From: Eutreptiella sp. 'Long Island Sound 2002'
Taxonomy: Eukaryota; Protista; Euglenida
Reading direction: 5' to 3'
Assembly (NCBI GenBank): GCA_964036045.1
Contig: OZ038378.1
Coordinates: forward strand, 165,664,001-165,728,000
Length of the DNA: 64,000 bases
Shown here: in pieces, positions 60,601-64,000 of the stretch
Layout: every line of letters begins with the position of its first letter
Numbering within the stretch: the stretch's first letter is position 1
Program-made: the position numbers and the translations under genes
Notes under the pieces: model-generated
What the model saw: only the letters and a program-made list of their open reading frames with translations
Databases searched by the model: none
What the model was told of the DNA's origin: nothing

Positions 60601-60861
60601 CAGAGCAAGGAGCATGTGATGGGGCTCCCCAAACCACGGAGGCATAGCCACATCACCACAAACATATCGGGGCTCCTCACTGAAATGTGACATGTGTCGC
60701 CGACAAATAAATCTCCTGCCCGCACTTCCTCTTGCCTCTTGCACACAACATCGTTCACAATTTCTGCACCAAAAGCGGTGGGGGAAATCAGGTCTTTTGC
60801 AAACCGTCAGGGCCTGGCCATCTTTTGCCCCCCTGCCAGCCGCAGCCAAAGCCAAGCACAC

Positions 60862-61053
60862 CTTGAAATACACATGGATGCCCAAAAGGTAGACACAGAT
60901 GGGGACGAGCAGCACAAGGTCAAACATCAATGGCTTTGTGGTGTGCAGATGCATCTCAGCCGCAGTGCGGGTGTAGAATCTAAAATCCGTCCGCAACTCC
61001 ACGGGCTTTGGTTTGTCATCGCGCCGCACTTCAGCTGTGTACCTCTGCAGCAC
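60862..61053 (-). CDS. Probable 5'-most cyclase exon in the window: cytoplasmic segment + TM1
   Basis: tttttgcag|GTG...AAG|gtgtgc, 64 codons, phase 0-0. It ends PLMFDLVLLVPICVYLLGIHVYFK, which joins VMMRSIKS to complete a TM helix. Confidence 0.68.
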
Positions 61054-61415
61054 CTGCAAAAATGCATTGGGAAACTTCCAGTCTCAGGTATTCCAGCGGT
61101 ATCTAAGACGCAGGTCCTGCAGCGACTCCTCACATGCTCAAAAGGAATCAGTCAGCGGAGCCTTTGGACGACATGTAATTGTGATACACCTGTGCAATAC
61201 TGTGACTGTGCCATCCACAAATGCCATTTGCACGTTGGGCCCCCGTACTACTATACTGCTGTGAATTTCATGAAAACTCCAGAAATTCACACCCATCCAT
61301 TCCATGGACTGTGGTCTGCCCATTTTCCTAAATAAGTAACAACTTGGAGATGCCCAGTCTCTTCACACTGCGTGTGCAAAAGCCAGGCACAACATCCGTG
61401 TCCAATTCATCAAAA

Positions 61416-61444
61416 ATTCATTCATTCATTCATTCATTCATTCA
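61416..61444. repeat. (TTCA)n microsatellite
   Basis: Direct reading of the sequence. Confidence 0.9.
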
Positions 61445-62947
61445 AAGATGCTAGAAAATGGTACTTGTGACATCAGGTGCTTTGCCCTCCTTAAGGCTCT
61501 TTACAACTTGTGACTGTTTGTGGCCAGCCTTTCGGGAGCAGGGGGAGGGGGGCATTGTAGGTGGTGTTGCAGGGGTTGTGGGTGTGGGGGTGGGGATACA
61601 TCGCTTGCTATTCAGAATTGCCTTCGCTGGATGCTGACAGATATTCAGTGGCAAGTGTTGGTGCTGGCAGGCTGTCCATCTTAGTTCTTTCAGAATGCCA
61701 CTACAACCAGGATCCGAAGCTGCAGAATGGTCCCCTCACCTCATTGCCATTTCCTTGTGGAGGTTTCCTCGAGAAAATCTGTGTCTGAAACCATGCCTGC
61801 CCCCTGAATACTCAGAGGTGGCCTCATGCCAGAAATGACTTCAGCTTTCCCATCCCTTCCGCTCGTCCTTGCTCCCTGCATCCACTGTCACAGTTAAAAT
61901 GCTGCAGCGTTCATGATAGCAAGCCTGAATACTACCACTGCATGCCTGTCGTCTCAGCCTTAGACTGCAATGAAAAGCATACAATGGAGTCCTCTGCTGA
62001 TGCGCTGCCAGTCATTCACTTTCCCAACAACTAACACTTATCAACTCATCATCTGGGCTGACTCTGGCCTCGGGAGGGGCCTGCAGGTAACAAAGCAATA
62101 TTCATTCTGTGCCTGCCTGCCTTACTGTTCAAATGCCTGGCTGCTGCAGCCAGGATGCCCTTACAACCCTCCCCTGCATGCACCCATCAGGGGGCAAGCC
62201 CACTTGTGACCTTGACTTCATCGGGAACAACCCACAGGGGCTGGATTCAGTGACAAAAACGTACTGACCACCAAAGTGCCATGGTGCAGCCGCGACATTC
62301 CAACCTTGATGTAAATCACCTCGCAAAGGTTGTTATTAAAGCCAGGCAGGCGTATATAGGGGAAAACGCCACATACCCCCATTTTGGGCCTTTTTGGCCC
62401 TATTCGCGTACCCTACCGCAAGGGGTTGAATTGTTAGTTTAACCCCTTGTAAAATCATTGTTTTGTCCAATAAACGCATCCCCCAATGAGTTTGGTCCGG
62501 ACCCCCCCCAGACCCCCCCCACTTGAAACCCACTTTTTGGAGCTTGTGAGGGAGGGGGGGGGGGGGGGTCAAAAATGTCGAAAAAATGAACCCCCCTCTT
62601 TTTGGGTCGAAAATCATGAATCTTTTGGTTTTTTTCGATTTTGAGCCGAAAAAGTGTTTCCGGGTCCCGACTCCATGGGGTTTGTATGAGGCGGAGTGGG
62701 ACGAGCGCTTAACGCAGTTTCCACACTTTGCAGCCATTTTTGCTATGTTGGCAGTTTCGGCGACCTCGGTGACCCCGTGGTACTCACTCTGAGGGGTGTG
62801 AGTGGGGATGTTGTGACAGTATATGCCTACTAGGATATGGAAGGACGTTTTTTGCAGTCTCTAGCCCTGCTGAGAGCCGGTCACAACCCGTGCCAAGGAT
62901 GCGAAATGACTGTTTCCACCAATAATGGCCTAGTGAACGGGCCAGCC

Positions 62948-63265
62948 CACAACCTGCTCATGCAGTTTTTCACCCCGGGCAGCTCAAAAATCGAAGTTTT
63001 CGAAACTTGTTTGTATGATATGGTGATCACCTAAAATGACCATCAAAGCTATGTAGAGCATGTTTTACGCCGCATTTACATGTTTTTCACCCTATTTGGG
63101 TATTAGGTCCAAGGGGGGGGGGGGGGTGTCCCAATGGATTGGTACACAACCTGCTTATGCAATTTTTCACCTTGTGCAGCTCAAAAATGGAAGTTTTCGT
63201 CATTTTTTTTTTGATACCATGATCACCTAAAATGACCATCCAAGCTATGTAAAGCATTTTTTAGT
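62948..63265. repeat. Diverged tandem duplication, ~198-bp period
   Basis: CACAACCTGCT..ATGCA.TTTTTCACC...GATCACCTAAAATGACCATC.AAGCTATGTA at ~62948 and ~63146. Confidence 0.75.
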
Positions 63266-63328
63266 CCGTATTTTTATCGATTTTCCCCTATTTTGTGTGT
63301 GCGTTGCTTGGGGTAGATTCTCAGCAAG

Positions 63329-64000
63329 CCCCCTGTTCAGAAATAATTCGCACGCGCCACCCCCCTGTCAGGAAATAATTCGCACGCGCCACCCCCCTGT
63401 CAAGAAATAATTCGCACGCGCCACCCCCCTGTCAGGAAATATTTCGCACGCGCGACCCCCCTGTCAGGAAATAATTCGCACGCACCACCCCCTGTCAAGA
63501 AATAGTTCGCACGCACCACCCCCCTGTCAAGAAATAGTTCGCATGCGCCACCCCCCTGTCAAGAAATAATTCGCACGTGCCAGCCCCCTGTCAAGAAATA
63601 ATTCGCAGGCGCAACCCCACTAGCAAGAAATAATTCGCAACCGCCTCCCCCCTGTCCAGAAATAATTCGCATGCGCCGGCCCCCTGTCCAGAAATAATTC
63701 GCACGCGCCACCCCCCTGAAAGGAAATAATTGGCACGCGCCACCCCACTGTCAAGAAATAATTCGCACGCGCCACCCCCCGGAAAGGAAATAATTCGCAC
63801 GCGCCACACCCCTGTCAAGAAATAATTCGCACACACCCCCCCTGTCAAGAAATAATTCGCACGCGCCACCCCCCTGTCAAGAAATGATTCGCACCCGCCA
63901 CCCCCCTGTCTAAAAAAAATTCGCACGCGCCACCCCCCTGAAACGAAATAATTCGCACGCGCCACCCCCCTGTCAAGAAATAACTCGCACGCACCACCCC
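63329..64000. repeat. 32-bp tandem satellite (~21 units, runs off the window): GTCAAGAAATAATTCGCACGCGCCACCCCCCT
   Basis: Head-to-tail units with only scattered substitutions. Confidence 0.95.

Larger units (their letters stand above)
14662..61053 (-). other. Gene span: multi-exon membrane-bound (Cache-HAMP) class III adenylyl cyclase; 7 exons, possibly 5'-incomplete
   Basis: Exon lengths 192+347+181+519+384+462+918 = 3003 nt (1000 aa + stop). All junctions are GT-AG, phases are compatible, and the protein reads continuously across them. Confidence 0.8.

Noticed and set aside
61451-61654. First coding exon of the cyclase
   Set aside because: No supported phase-0 donor and no homology evidence.
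63329-64000. CRISPR array or 124-aa ORF (63591-63965)
   Set aside because: Pure head-to-tail repeat with no unique spacers; the ORF is a translation of the repeat.

Overview
Repeat-rich eukaryotic genomic DNA. A euglenid/euglenozoan origin is inferred from the repeat landscape and element types and is not proven. The main feature is one minus-strand gene reconstructed from 7 exons (61053 to 14662) joined by GT-AG introns. The exons splice in frame into ~1000 codons (5' end possibly incomplete) encoding TM - Cache-like sensor - TM - HAMP - bacterial-type class III adenylyl cyclase. The 5'-most intron is ~28 kb and holds two notable mobile systems. (i) Two tandem, 5'-truncated copies of an L1/Tx1-like non-LTR retrotransposon (RT, CCHC, RNase H) sit at the same nucleotide of one target motif. 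They have nested 15/18-bp target-site duplications, no poly(A), and a tRNA-type A/B-box unit in the 3' UTR. (ii) A decayed DIRS/PAT/TATE-like RT-RNase H element has split direct repeats (A1..B1-A2..B2) and carries a cargo ORF with a possible RelE/YoeB-like fold. The window also contains the 3' end of a chromodomain Ty3/Gypsy element, MITE-like inverted-repeat elements, two 32-bp satellites and dispersed repeats. Most short ORFs in the supplied track are repeat artefacts.
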